DNA from: an uncultured delta proteobacterium
Lineage (GTDB): Bacteria; Desulfobacterota; Syntrophia; Syntrophales; UBA5619
Assembly: GCA_963817385.1 (NCBI GenBank)
Contig: CAWFOM010000012.1
Location: 32,001 to 96,000, forward strand
Direction: 5' to 3'
DNA: 64,000 nt
Shown: positions 10,438 through 19,619 of the stretch, one piece after another
How positions within the stretch are numbered: position 1 is the first letter of the stretch
Layout: each line of letters opens with the position of its first letter
Translations under genes and position numbers: made by a program
The notes under the pieces: model-generated
Databases searched by the model: none
What the model was told of the DNA's origin: nothing
The model's input: only the letters and a program-made list of their open reading frames with translations

Positions 10438-10520
10438 GCATCGGCCTCCGAGGAATTGAACGCCCAGGCCCTGCAGGTGAGGTTCTACGTGGGGAAACTG
10501 GAGACCCTCGTCGCCGGAAA
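10438..10520 (+). pseudogene. Fragment of a methyl-accepting chemotaxis protein C-terminus
   Basis: Translates as ASASEELNAQALQVRFYVGKLETLVAG, resembling the MCP C-terminal methylation helix; no upstream MCP body. Confidence 0.55.
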
Positions 10521-10632
10521 AAGCAAAACCGCGATCGCGAATACTAATTCCAGTCGCAACGAAGTCCCGCACGGAATGTCTCAATGCGGCATCGGAATCA
10601 CTCGTTTCCCGCGAATCGACAGAGTCGGCCTG

Positions 10633-11631
10633 TCAAGCGGGACTCTTCATCTCGCCGGCCGCTGCCTTGGCAGGCAACCCCGTCGCTTCGAGATCGGCGC
10701 GCAGCTGTTTCTTAGCCTCCTCGGTCATCTCCCGGCACGGCGCACGCACGGGCCCGCCGACCATCCCGATGAGCTCCATCCAGTATTTCATTTCGGCCGC
10801 GGGCACGCGGCCGGTCGGCCTGCCGTAACCGGTAATCCATTTCGCGTGTATGGCCCGTAGCGGGTTTATAGTGCGTGCGATCTCCGTGGCGCGATTCATG
10901 TCGCCGGCCAGCGCGGCCCGGGTGTAATCGCGCACCGGCAGATAACCCGGCGCCTGATAGAGATGCGGGCAGTAATTGAGCAGCCAGCGGTCGCCCATGA
11001 CGCTCAGGTTGTAGAGCCACGGGGTCTCGTCGGCTACGCTGACGACCAGTTCGCGGCCTACCGCCTCGCGCAGGGAGATCGTCGCCGCAGGCGCCGGTCC
11101 GGCCTGCTTGAAACCGCAGATATTCGGGATCGCGGCGAGCCGTTTGGCAAGATGCTCCGATATCGGGTAATAGGTCTGGGGAATGTTGAACAGGATGATG
11201 CCGATGTCCACGCGTTCCGCGACAAACCGGTAGTAGTCGAACACTGCATCGTCGCTGCGGACGGCAATGTACGGCGTCAGGATGATCACGAAATCGAAGC
11301 CGATTTCCTGCGCATGTTTTGCCAGCGCCGCCGCTTCGTACGGATTCTGATGATGACAGCCGGCGATCAGTGGAATCCGCCCCTTCGCCGTTTCGACATT
11401 GATCTCGTGGGCGCGCATCCGCTCGTCGTTGGTCAGCGCCCAGAACTCGGCGACGTTGCCCGAGCAGTAATGTCCCTCGATCTGCAGTTTGGAGATGCAG
11501 TGCTCCAGGTTGAAGGCTATCCCGGCCTCATCCAGCCTGTCGTCTTCGGTAAAATTATAGGGCAGCGCCGTCCAGACACCCTTCAAAACCGTTCGGGCGT
11601 AATCCTTGGCTTCGTGCTTGCGGTACTTCAT
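10633..11631 (-). CDS. Dihydrodipicolinate synthase/N-acetylneuraminate lyase family (class I aldolase-like) protein, not DapA
   Basis: GVWTALP..F.ED..LDE, G..AEF..LT.DER, GRIPLIAG, Schiff-base Lys in PNICGFKQ, GPVRAP. Confidence 0.88.
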   Translation of the reverse strand: MKYRKHEAKDYARTVLKGVWTALPYNFTEDDRLDEAGIAFNLEHCISKLQIEGHYCSGNVAEFWALTNDERMRAHEINVETAKGRIPLIAGCHHQNPYEAAALAKHAQEIGFDFVIILTPYIAVRSDDAVFDYYRFVAERVDIGIILFNIPQTYYPISEHLAKRLAAIPNICGFKQAGPAPAATISLREAVGRELVVSVADETPWLYNLSVMGDRWLLNYCPHLYQAPGYLPVRDYTRAALAGDMNRATEIARTINPLRAIHAKWITGYGRPTGRVPAAEMKYWMELIGMVGGPVRAPCREMTEEAKKQLRADLEATGLPAKAAAGEMKSPA

Positions 11632-11738
11632 GAAGATTCCCCCGGTGATCCGAATTGATACCCGATTGCTGATTGATCATTGATGGCGGCAGGAAAGACC
11701 CGAGGGCACGCCGCCGCTTCAGTCATCCCCCTATGGGA

Positions 11739-12602
11739 CTAAAACGTCTTTTTCCTGCGCCACTTTTTCGGTCGATCACCGGGCAGCATCAGCCCGCTCA
11801 CATCGACCCCCAGGTTCACCATGGCCTTGGCCAATTCGATGGCGCAGCTGTACCCCTCCAGGACGGGGATTTCCCATCCCATGTCGTGCAGGCGTTTTTC
11901 GACAAAAGGCCGGAGCCAAAAGGAAGCGGAGCATCCGAAGGTGATGACCTCGGCGCCGTCTTCCTCGATGGCGGCGACCGCCTCACGGACTGCGCATTCC
12001 ACGGCGTCAGACGGTTCCCCTCTCAGCGCCTTCGCCTTCTCGATATGGAGCGAGGAGTCGTCGATGAACGGAGGGCGGGGGAGGGGGTAATTGATGTTGC
12101 GGATCGAGGCGCACCGCTCGGTGAAGCGGTGCTGGATAACGAGGTTGTAATAATACATGTTGTGATTTTCGGCGATGTCGATGACGCTGAATTTGTTGCC
12201 CAGCATGGTGGCGATGTGCATCTGGGAGAAGGCGCACGCGGTCACGGGAATCTTGTAGGGACGGGCAATCTCCCGGGCCTCCAGAAAGCCGGGCTCCCCT
12301 CCGCCCAACAGCACGATCGCGTTGTACTTGCCGCTCTCACAGGCCTCCCGGATAATCGGCAGGCGGGCGGCGGCGACGTAACAGAACTCTTCCCGATTCT
12401 CAACCGGCCAGTCCCCATAAGGGGCCAACGGCCCCGGATGCAGCTCCCATTCAACGTCCTTCAGCAGATGCTTGACGTTGTCATAGTTCATCAGACGCTT
12501 TTCCTTGGGGCCCTCAATCGTTCGGTGCACGTACTTGCTGGTCGGGGGAAGACTGAACGCTTGCACCAAGAAAAAGCGAAACTTCTTTCCTTCCGGCGGC
12601 AT
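11739..12602 (-). CDS. Asp/Glu/hydantoin racemase superfamily protein with a single catalytic Cys
   Basis: EPGFLEAREI, IPV, ATMLGNKFSVI, AIEEDGAEVITFGCS, IPVLEG; start set at ATG 12602 (GGGGA RBS), alternative GTG at 12641. Confidence 0.82.
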   Translation of the reverse strand: MPPEGKKFRFFLVQAFSLPPTSKYVHRTIEGPKEKRLMNYDNVKHLLKDVEWELHPGPLAPYGDWPVENREEFCYVAAARLPIIREACESGKYNAIVLLGGGEPGFLEAREIARPYKIPVTACAFSQMHIATMLGNKFSVIDIAENHNMYYYNLVIQHRFTERCASIRNINYPLPRPPFIDDSSLHIEKAKALRGEPSDAVECAVREAVAAIEEDGAEVITFGCSASFWLRPFVEKRLHDMGWEIPVLEGYSCAIELAKAMVNLGVDVSGLMLPGDRPKKWRRKKTF

Positions 12603-12637
12603 GATTCCCCACTCGGCGCAGGATAATTGTTCATCAA

Positions 12638-13780
12638 TCACAGTTCAATCAGTTCTCTCGGCAGTTTCGCGGAAAGCACCCGGGTCCCTGTTGCGGTGAC
12701 CAGGACGTCATCTTCAAACCGCATGGTGCCGAAATCGGGGTCCGATACCGCAGGTTCAAGAGCAAACACCATGCCCGGCTTGAACTCCGCCTTGCTCCCC
12801 GGCTTCAGGATGGGGTTTTCATGAAAATCGAGTCCGAATCCATGGCCGATCAGGTGAGCCTGGTTCTCCGGCCCATAACCGAATTTTGTGAAGGCCTCCC
12901 GGACGAACTTGTCGACTTCCCAGGCCATGATGCCGGGTTTGATGAAATGAAGCGTCGAATCGAAGACATCCAGCATCATCTTGGCAAATTCTTTCTGCTT
13001 CGGCGTCGCTTTTCCTACCACCACCGTCCTGCTGATATCGGAACCGTACGAGTTACACACGGCGGCCATATCCATCAAGATCAAATCGCCCTTTTTGATC
13101 TTGTTATCCGAAGACCTTGCCCTTACGAGCTTTGAGCGCTCTCCCGAGAGAACCTGTGATTCCTCGATGAACCACTCCGCTCCCGCCTTCCTCATCTCAT
13201 ATTCGCATACCGCCGCGACTTCCCTCTCGGTCCTGTCGGGCCGTATTTCCCGGAAGGCCGTTTCCATTCCGATGATCGTTACATCAATCGCATGCTGAAT
13301 CAGTTCGACTTCGGCGTCATCTTTGATGTCCCTTGTCTGGAGCAGCATGTTCGAAGCACGGGCAAGGGTGATGCCGGGTAGAAGTCTTTTCAGGTTTTCC
13401 ACCGTGAAAAGCACTAATACATCTTCCTCGATACCGATCTTTGCCGAGGAGAGCCCTTCACCCCGGAGGACCTCCGCAATGAACTCTTCGGCGTTTCGAA
13501 GGAATTCATCATAGACGAACGTCTTTTGGATCCATGACTCAACTTTAAGAAACCGCGCTACGTTTTTCGCCACGATATGGAACGGCTCTCCGGTTTTCGG
13601 TATGACCAGGGGGAAGAGCCGGAAAACATCGGTCGGATAGATGGGCCGATGCGGATAGTATCCGGAATAGTAGAACATGTGGATGGGGTTGAAGAGCATC
13701 AATGCATCCATCCCCTCTTGAGCCATCATTGCCCTCATTTTTTCAATTCGCTTGGAACACATCTCCTTTTTTGTCATCAT
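12638..13780 (-). CDS. M24 family metallo-amidohydrolase (Xaa-Pro peptidase/creatinase fold)
   Basis: Creatinase N-domain; metal ligands in DMAA..YGSDISRT, GHGFGLDFHE, ALEP, RFEDDVLVT. Confidence 0.9.
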   Translation of the reverse strand: MMTKKEMCSKRIEKMRAMMAQEGMDALMLFNPIHMFYYSGYYPHRPIYPTDVFRLFPLVIPKTGEPFHIVAKNVARFLKVESWIQKTFVYDEFLRNAEEFIAEVLRGEGLSSAKIGIEEDVLVLFTVENLKRLLPGITLARASNMLLQTRDIKDDAEVELIQHAIDVTIIGMETAFREIRPDRTEREVAAVCEYEMRKAGAEWFIEESQVLSGERSKLVRARSSDNKIKKGDLILMDMAAVCNSYGSDISRTVVVGKATPKQKEFAKMMLDVFDSTLHFIKPGIMAWEVDKFVREAFTKFGYGPENQAHLIGHGFGLDFHENPILKPGSKAEFKPGMVFALEPAVSDPDFGTMRFEDDVLVTATGTRVLSAKLPRELIEL

Positions 13781-13884
13781 TGCTTTCCTTTGATGTTGAT
13801 TTTGATTGATAGTAATTGATCCCGAAAGCCACGGACTGACCCTGGAGCGGCCTGCCGTGTGATCCGAATTGCCCCCCGGTGCGA

Positions 13885-14310
13885 TCAGGCCTTCTTTCCC
13901 CTCTTCGCGCCCTTCTTGCGCTCCGCGGCCGGCTGCCACCCTGTCACCTGCATCAGGATGTTGAGCGCCTGCCTAAACGGCGGCGACCCCACCGGGGTGA
14001 GGGCCGTCTCGAGCGCCTCGAGTAGTTCCTGCTCGGTGCAGCCCAACCGTATCGCACGCTCCATGTGTGGCTTCACACCCCACATGCGCGCCTGGCCGAT
14101 CATCGCCGCGATCGCTATCAGCTCACGGTACTTGGCCGGAAGCTGCTTGCCCTTGGTGGAAACGCCCTCATGCAGCAGACTCAGGCCCGAGAGCCGGTTG
14201 TACGCGTCAAGGAACTCGGCATCCTTTTCCGCAAGGTATTCCCACTCGGGGTAACTGTAGCCGCGTGTCTTGGCAAGCCGCTTTGCCGTCTGTTCCGGTT
14301 TCTCTTTCAT
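13885..14310 (-). CDS. Carboxymuconolactone decarboxylase (CMD/AhpD-like) family protein
   Basis: LPAKYRELIAIA...HMERAIRLGCTEQELLEAL...GSP pattern; GGAGG RBS. Confidence 0.85.
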   Translation of the reverse strand: MKEKPEQTAKRLAKTRGYSYPEWEYLAEKDAEFLDAYNRLSGLSLLHEGVSTKGKQLPAKYRELIAIAAMIGQARMWGVKPHMERAIRLGCTEQELLEALETALTPVGSPPFRQALNILMQVTGWQPAAERKKGAKRGKKA

Positions 14311-14382
14311 GATATTCCTCCCTGTCGATGTCTGATGCTTCACTCCCTCGATCCTAGTCTGATGGATACGCATGCCGAACGG

Positions 14383-14883
14383 CTACACGTTACTCCCCAA
14401 CCACAGATCTTCGGTTTTCCGTTCCTCAACCCATCGTTTCCCCATCTCGATTCCTTCCAACTCTCCGATGGCGACTGCCGCCTTGACATGGGTGATCGCT
14501 CCCTTTTCGAGGTGCCCTCCGTAGGTGGCGATGGTTTCGCCGATCACCGTCGAAGCGGCAAAATGGGCATGAACATGGGGCTGCCCGCTGAGCGAAGGAA
14601 CAATGTACCCGCTCAATGAAATCAACTCCAACGGCTGTTCAACCTCGAAGTAAATCCGATCTTTCGCAGTGATCGGATATTTTTCGGGGAAAACCTTCAA
14701 GTTTCTGAACGTTGCCTTGCTCAAGGCCCCAATGCCCATGAGAATCAGCCCTTTCTGAATGTTCTCCCGCTTTACCACTTCACGGATGGCCTCCAGCAAA
14801 TCCACCCCTATGGGAATTCGCGCCATGATGATCCGCCCAAAACTTCCACTGCTCGTACCTTCCAGCAAAGAACCCTGCTCCAT
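14383..14883 (-). CDS. PPC domain (DUF296) protein
   Basis: ARIPIGVDLLEAI, GIGAL, ELISLSG, HVHAH, GGHL Zn-binding motifs. Confidence 0.88.
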   Translation of the reverse strand: MEQGSLLEGTSSGSFGRIIMARIPIGVDLLEAIREVVKRENIQKGLILMGIGALSKATFRNLKVFPEKYPITAKDRIYFEVEQPLELISLSGYIVPSLSGQPHVHAHFAASTVIGETIATYGGHLEKGAITHVKAAVAIGELEGIEMGKRWVEERKTEDLWLGSNV

Positions 14884-14930
14884 CGATCTCTCCTTGTTAT
14901 TCTCCATTCCCATCCGTCATGCGGAGTATG

Positions 14931-15905
14931 TTACTCCATCACAACGCCGACCTCTTTAATGACTTTGGCCCATTTGTCGTTTTCTTCCTTCATGAAAACG
15001 GCGAACTCCTCGGGCGACTTACTGGTCACCACCTCCGCACCATTGTCCTGGAGGCGTTTAACAACCATAGGATCGGCCACTACCTTGGTGAAGACAGCAA
15101 AGAGTTTCTTGACGATCGGGGCTGGGGTGCCGGCCGGTACGTATGCTCCTTGCCAGGAGCCGCTCTTCATGCTTTTATACCCGAGCTCGGGAAACGTCGG
15201 GACGTCGGGCAGGGAGTCGACGCGATGGGGCGCCGCCACGGCGAGCACTTTCAGCTTGCCGGCATTGACGTGAGTCATGACCGACGCGAGAGTGGTAAAG
15301 GCACACTTCACTTCGCCGCTGAGCAACCCGATAGCCGACGCTCCGGCGCCCCCTTTATAAGGGACATGAACGAGTTCAATCCCCGTCGCGCGCATGAATA
15401 TTTCCATCTCGAGCCGGCCGTTGCTGCCGGGGCCGGCGGTGCCGAAATCGAGCTTGCCGGGATGGGCCTTCGCATACTCGATGAATTCCTTCACGCTCCT
15501 TACCGTCAACGACGGATGAATGACCAGCGCCGTGGGTACGTCCACCACCTGGGTGATGCCGATAAAGTCGCGCACCGGTTTTACCTGAAATTTGGGAAAG
15601 AGGCCCGGGTTGATTGCCATAGTGCCGATGTTTCCAAGCAATATATTGTAGCCGTCGGCCGGGGCGCTCGCGGCAACCGATACCCCAATGTTGCCGGATG
15701 CGCCGCTGCGGTTATCAATCACGACTTGCTGTCCCAGTTCCTTGGTCAGACCGGGCGACAGGAGACGGCCGACGACATCCGATGCCCCGCCGGGCGCAAA
15801 CGGTATGATCATGCGCACCGCTTTTGTAGGATACTCCTGTGCATAAGCGGCGCTGGCCACGAAGAGAAGAACGGCAGTCAGAAAAAAAATACCCATCTTT
15901 TTCAT
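14931..15905 (-). CDS. tctC: Tripartite tricarboxylate transporter substrate-binding protein (Bug/TctC)
   Basis: Signal peptide, YPTKAVRMIIPFAPGGASD, NRSGASG, HVPYKGG, PDVPTF.E.G. Confidence 0.95.
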   Translation of the reverse strand: MKKMGIFFLTAVLLFVASAAYAQEYPTKAVRMIIPFAPGGASDVVGRLLSPGLTKELGQQVVIDNRSGASGNIGVSVAASAPADGYNILLGNIGTMAINPGLFPKFQVKPVRDFIGITQVVDVPTALVIHPSLTVRSVKEFIEYAKAHPGKLDFGTAGPGSNGRLEMEIFMRATGIELVHVPYKGGAGASAIGLLSGEVKCAFTTLASVMTHVNAGKLKVLAVAAPHRVDSLPDVPTFPELGYKSMKSGSWQGAYVPAGTPAPIVKKLFAVFTKVVADPMVVKRLQDNGAEVVTSKSPEEFAVFMKEENDKWAKVIKEVGVVME

Positions 15906-16457
15906 TGTATTGCTCCTTTCATGGTTTATGTTGGTTCACCAGTGCTATCTTATTGATAGTACGTTCGTGTGAACTTAGGAAAAGAGAAGCGGCCGTGCAT
16001 GTTCGGGAACCTATATCACAACATGCGGCGTTCATACAATAGGCGATTCCAGCAGTTCATGGCGAGGCGGTGCGACTGCGTTCATTTCTCCGGCTTCACA
16101 GGAGGTTTGTCCATAAGGAGGATGAATGAGAAAAAAATATTCCGGCTTGACCTGATAAAGTCATTGTGAGAAAGAACGAAAAAGCCGGCGTCGCTCGGCT
16201 CCGATAGGGTGGCCGATTTGCATCAGAACAGCCGGCTGTTTTCACGCGGAACGGGTGGTCGATTTCAGAGGTATTGTTTATCACGATGGTAGATGAATCC
16301 CTTTTGCGTAGTCTCTGGTTACCGTCAGGATATTTTCACATCCCGTTCCGAAAGGAGGGAACCAAGTATGGAACGGTAAAATGATCCAAAGCGGATTGCA
16401 GGAACGCGGAGCAATGGTCAGGGAAACACTAAATCTTTTATCTCAGGAGGTTATGCA

Positions 16458-17438
16458 ATGAAGAATTACCCCAAATTGGTGATGTTGATCGTGTCTGCCC
16501 TTTTCTTCTCTCTTCTCATCGGTGCGGCTTATGGGGCGGCATATCCGGAAAAACCCATCACGCTCGTTATCAACAGCGGACCGGGCTCAGGGGGCGATAT
16601 TCTTGGCAGACTCGTGTCGGCGTTGCTCGACAAATACAAATTGCTCCCTCAACCAATCACCTGTGAAAATAAGGCCGGAGGCAGCTCCCTTGTAGCCATG
16701 AACTACGTTTACGGGAAAAAGGGTGACCCGTACTACCTCATGATCGTAACAAGCCCTTTTTTGCTGAACAACCTTTTGGGCTCCACGCCGCTCTCCTATA
16801 GAGACTTCGTCCCAGTCAGCCGTTTTCAGATCGATGAGCATGTGCTGATGGTGCCATATGCCTCCCCTTTTAAAAACTTTAAAGAGGTCGTTGAATTCGC
16901 CAAGAAAAATCCGGGGGTCATCACCGTCGGCGTTGCAAATGCCGGTGGTATAGAACCGTTGAATCTCTTCGCGCTCGAAAAAGCGCTCGGCATCCAGTTA
17001 AGCATCGTGCCGTTCAACGGCGGAGGACCCGCGATGACCGCGCTTCTCGGAGGTCACGTATCCATGTCCTCGAACAACCCCATGGAGGCCATAGAGATGG
17101 CGGCGGCGAAAAAAGTCCGTATTTTGGGCGCCATGACCTCAGAACGGATCGCCGGTCTTGAGGATGTCCCCACCCTCAAAGAGCAAGGGTACAATGTAGC
17201 CGGTTACGGGATGTACCGTGGGATCGTCGCGCCGCCTGGTATTCCGGCTGAGGCGGTGAAGGTCCTTGAAGAAGCTTTCGCAAAGGTTGCCAAAACCGAG
17301 GAGTTTAAAAAGTTTTGCAAGGACGGTTCGGTTATTGCCGCCTATCAGAACAGCAAAGATTTTCGCAAATATCTAGCGGATAAAAGCGACGAATTCGAGG
17401 CCGCGTTAAAGGAGAAGGGGCTGCTCAAGAAGAAGTAG
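16458..17438 (+). CDS. tctC: Tripartite tricarboxylate transporter substrate-binding protein
   Basis: Signal peptide, YPEKPITLVI..GPGSGGD, NKAGG, VPFNGGG, DVPTLKEQG; first gene of tctCBA. Confidence 0.93.
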   Translation: MKNYPKLVMLIVSALFFSLLIGAAYGAAYPEKPITLVINSGPGSGGDILGRLVSALLDKYKLLPQPITCENKAGGSSLVAMNYVYGKKGDPYYLMIVTSPFLLNNLLGSTPLSYRDFVPVSRFQIDEHVLMVPYASPFKNFKEVVEFAKKNPGVITVGVANAGGIEPLNLFALEKALGIQLSIVPFNGGGPAMTALLGGHVSMSSNNPMEAIEMAAAKKVRILGAMTSERIAGLEDVPTLKEQGYNVAGYGMYRGIVAPPGIPAEAVKVLEEAFAKVAKTEEFKKFCKDGSVIAAYQNSKDFRKYLADKSDEFEAALKEKGLLKKK

Positions 17439-17452
17439 GGGAATGAGAAACA

Positions 17453-17488
17453 GCGGGAAGGGGCATGCTCTATCATGCCCCTTCCCGC
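17453..17488 (+). other. Perfect 15-bp stem-loop between tctC and tctB
   Basis: GCGGGAAGGGGCATG-ctctat-CATGCCCCTTCCCGC, with no strong U-tract. Confidence 0.7.
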
Positions 17489-17516
17489 AAGGGTTATCTG
17501 AAAGGACGAAAAAAGC

Positions 17517-17990
17517 ATGAGAAAAGCAGATCAAATCGTCGGCGCCATAATCCTGATCTTTTCCGGAAGCATCATTTTTGTAGCCTGGCAAATGCCCCCT
17601 GCTCTCGTTTACGGAAGGGCGGTCCCCGGACCCGGGGTCGGCTTTCTCCCCCTCTGGATCGGAATATTGATGGCCTTCTTCTCCGTTCTCCTGATCGTTA
17701 CCGCCTGGATGCGGCCGGCTGACCCGGAAGAAAAGCCGGTGATGCCGAGCAAGGGAAAATTCTTTAAATCCATGTCGCTTGTGGCGAGCATTGCCGCCTG
17801 GATTATACTGATGGAGGTTTTAGGATTTATTGTAGCTACGTTGCTGTTCAGTGCATTCATGTTAGGGGTGCTGCTGCGGGTAAATTGGAAACCGACAATT
17901 TTGGTTTCAATATGCACGGTGATTGCACTCTATCTCATATTCCAGGTTCTTTTTATGATCAATCTCCCGAAGAATATGTTTGGTTTCTAA
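17517..17990 (+). CDS. tctB: Tripartite tricarboxylate transporter small permease
   Basis: 4 TM segments, GPGVGFLP, LGFIVAT, terminal LP..G; lies between tctC and tctA. Confidence 0.92.
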   Translation: MRKADQIVGAIILIFSGSIIFVAWQMPPALVYGRAVPGPGVGFLPLWIGILMAFFSVLLIVTAWMRPADPEEKPVMPSKGKFFKSMSLVASIAAWIILMEVLGFIVATLLFSAFMLGVLLRVNWKPTILVSICTVIALYLIFQVLFMINLPKNMFGF

Positions 17991-18059
17991 CGGACATTCC
18001 TTGCGTATCCGATGCTGTGGGTATTCAAGGATAAAATGCCGCCTTAAAGAAAGGGGAAT

Positions 18060-19568
18060 ATGATGGAGGTCTTTCAAAATCTAACCTTGGGTTTCCAAGT
18101 CGCCTTATCGGTTCAAAATCTTTTTTTCTGCTTTATCGGCGCATTTCTCGGTACCCTGATCGGCGTGCTGCCGGGGTTGGGACCGGCAGGCGGAGTGGCC
18201 ATTCTGCTCCCGATCACTTTCGGCATGGATACGACTGCTGCGTTGATCACGATGGCAGGCCTCTATTTCGGATGTATGTACGGCGGATCGACCACATCCA
18301 TACTCCTGAATGTTCCGGGCGAAGCTGCGTCGGTGGTGACCTGCCTCGACGGATACCAGATGGCTCTTAAGGGGCGCGCCGGCCCCGCACTCGGGATGGC
18401 CGCCATTGCATCCTTCGTTGCGGGCACCGTTTCCGTGCTCTTGCTCACCTTTATCGCGCTTCCATTGGTCAAGGTCGCGTTACTGTTCGGCCCTCCGGAG
18501 TATTTCGCGCTGGCGCTCATGGGCCTGACCCTCGTGACGAGCTTCTCCGGCGATTCGGCGATCAAGGGCGTCATCAGCGGTCTGTTCGGGCTCTTCATCT
18601 CGTGTATCGGTGTCGATATCATCAGCGGAAGCGATCGCTTTACCTTCGGTTATGTCTATTTGATGGACGGCATTAATTTTGTCAGTTTGACGGTAGGTTT
18701 TTTTGCCGTGGCGGAAGTGCTGATCAACATAGAAGAGCCGATTTCCCAGATGTACACGAAGACAAAGCTGACCCTACGCAGTCTGTTCCCGAACTTGCAG
18801 GACTGGAAGGATTCCATCGGCCCGCTGTGGCGAGGCAGCCTCGTCGGTTTTTTTATCGGAGTGCTGCCGGGGGCCGGGCCGACAATCGCCTCCTTTTTAT
18901 CTTACGGCATTGAAAAAAAATGTAGCCGGCATCCGGAGAAATTCGGAACGGGGATCATTGAGGGGATTGCCGGACCCGAGGGAGCCAATAATGCCGCAGC
19001 CGGAGGAGCCTTCGTCCCTATGCTCACCCTCGGGATTCCGGGATCGGGAGTCACGGCCATCATCTTAGGCGCAATGATGCTGCATGGAATACGGCCGGGA
19101 CCGCTGCTTTTCCAACAAAATCCCGAAATAGTTTGGGGGCTCATTGCCAGCATGTACATCGGAAACGTGATACTCGTCGTCTTAAACCTGCCCCTGGTCG
19201 GCATGTGGGCGAGCATTCTGCGAATTCCTTATAAATTCCTGATGCCTTTGATCATCATCGTCGCTTCGGTCGGAATCTATGCAATGGAAGGGGTCCTCTT
19301 TGACCTATGGGTGATGCTTGCCTTCGGCGTTATCGGCTATTTCATGCGGAAGCTGAATTTCCCCGCAGCGCCCGCGGTGTTGGCGCTGGTCTTGGGTCCG
19401 CTGGTCGAAGGATCGCTGAAACAATCGCTCATTATATCCAGGGGAGACTACTCAATCTTTTTTACGCGGCCCATTTCCGCCGTCTTTACTATCGCAGCGC
19501 TTGTATCGCTGTTTATCCCGCTGATCCAATACGGGTTAAGCAAAATGAAAAAGACATCCGTGCTGTAA
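18060..19568 (+). CDS. tctA: Tripartite tricarboxylate transporter large permease
   Basis: GVLPGLGP, YGGSTTSILLNVPG, GPEGANNA, LTLGIPGS. Confidence 0.96.
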   Translation: MMEVFQNLTLGFQVALSVQNLFFCFIGAFLGTLIGVLPGLGPAGGVAILLPITFGMDTTAALITMAGLYFGCMYGGSTTSILLNVPGEAASVVTCLDGYQMALKGRAGPALGMAAIASFVAGTVSVLLLTFIALPLVKVALLFGPPEYFALALMGLTLVTSFSGDSAIKGVISGLFGLFISCIGVDIISGSDRFTFGYVYLMDGINFVSLTVGFFAVAEVLINIEEPISQMYTKTKLTLRSLFPNLQDWKDSIGPLWRGSLVGFFIGVLPGAGPTIASFLSYGIEKKCSRHPEKFGTGIIEGIAGPEGANNAAAGGAFVPMLTLGIPGSGVTAIILGAMMLHGIRPGPLLFQQNPEIVWGLIASMYIGNVILVVLNLPLVGMWASILRIPYKFLMPLIIIVASVGIYAMEGVLFDLWVMLAFGVIGYFMRKLNFPAAPAVLALVLGPLVEGSLKQSLIISRGDYSIFFTRPISAVFTIAALVSLFIPLIQYGLSKMKKTSVL

Positions 19569-19619
19569 AAGGAACGGCTCTTCAATGCGCGATCTTTCTA
19601 AAAAAACAAAAAGGAGAAA

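Noticed and set aside
10633..11631. dapA assignment
   Set aside because: The GTTGE loop and catalytic Tyr are absent, and the context is catabolic
16160..16440. Structured RNA in the tctC/tctC divergent intergenic region
   Set aside because: Only short imperfect stems; no recognisable riboswitch consensus
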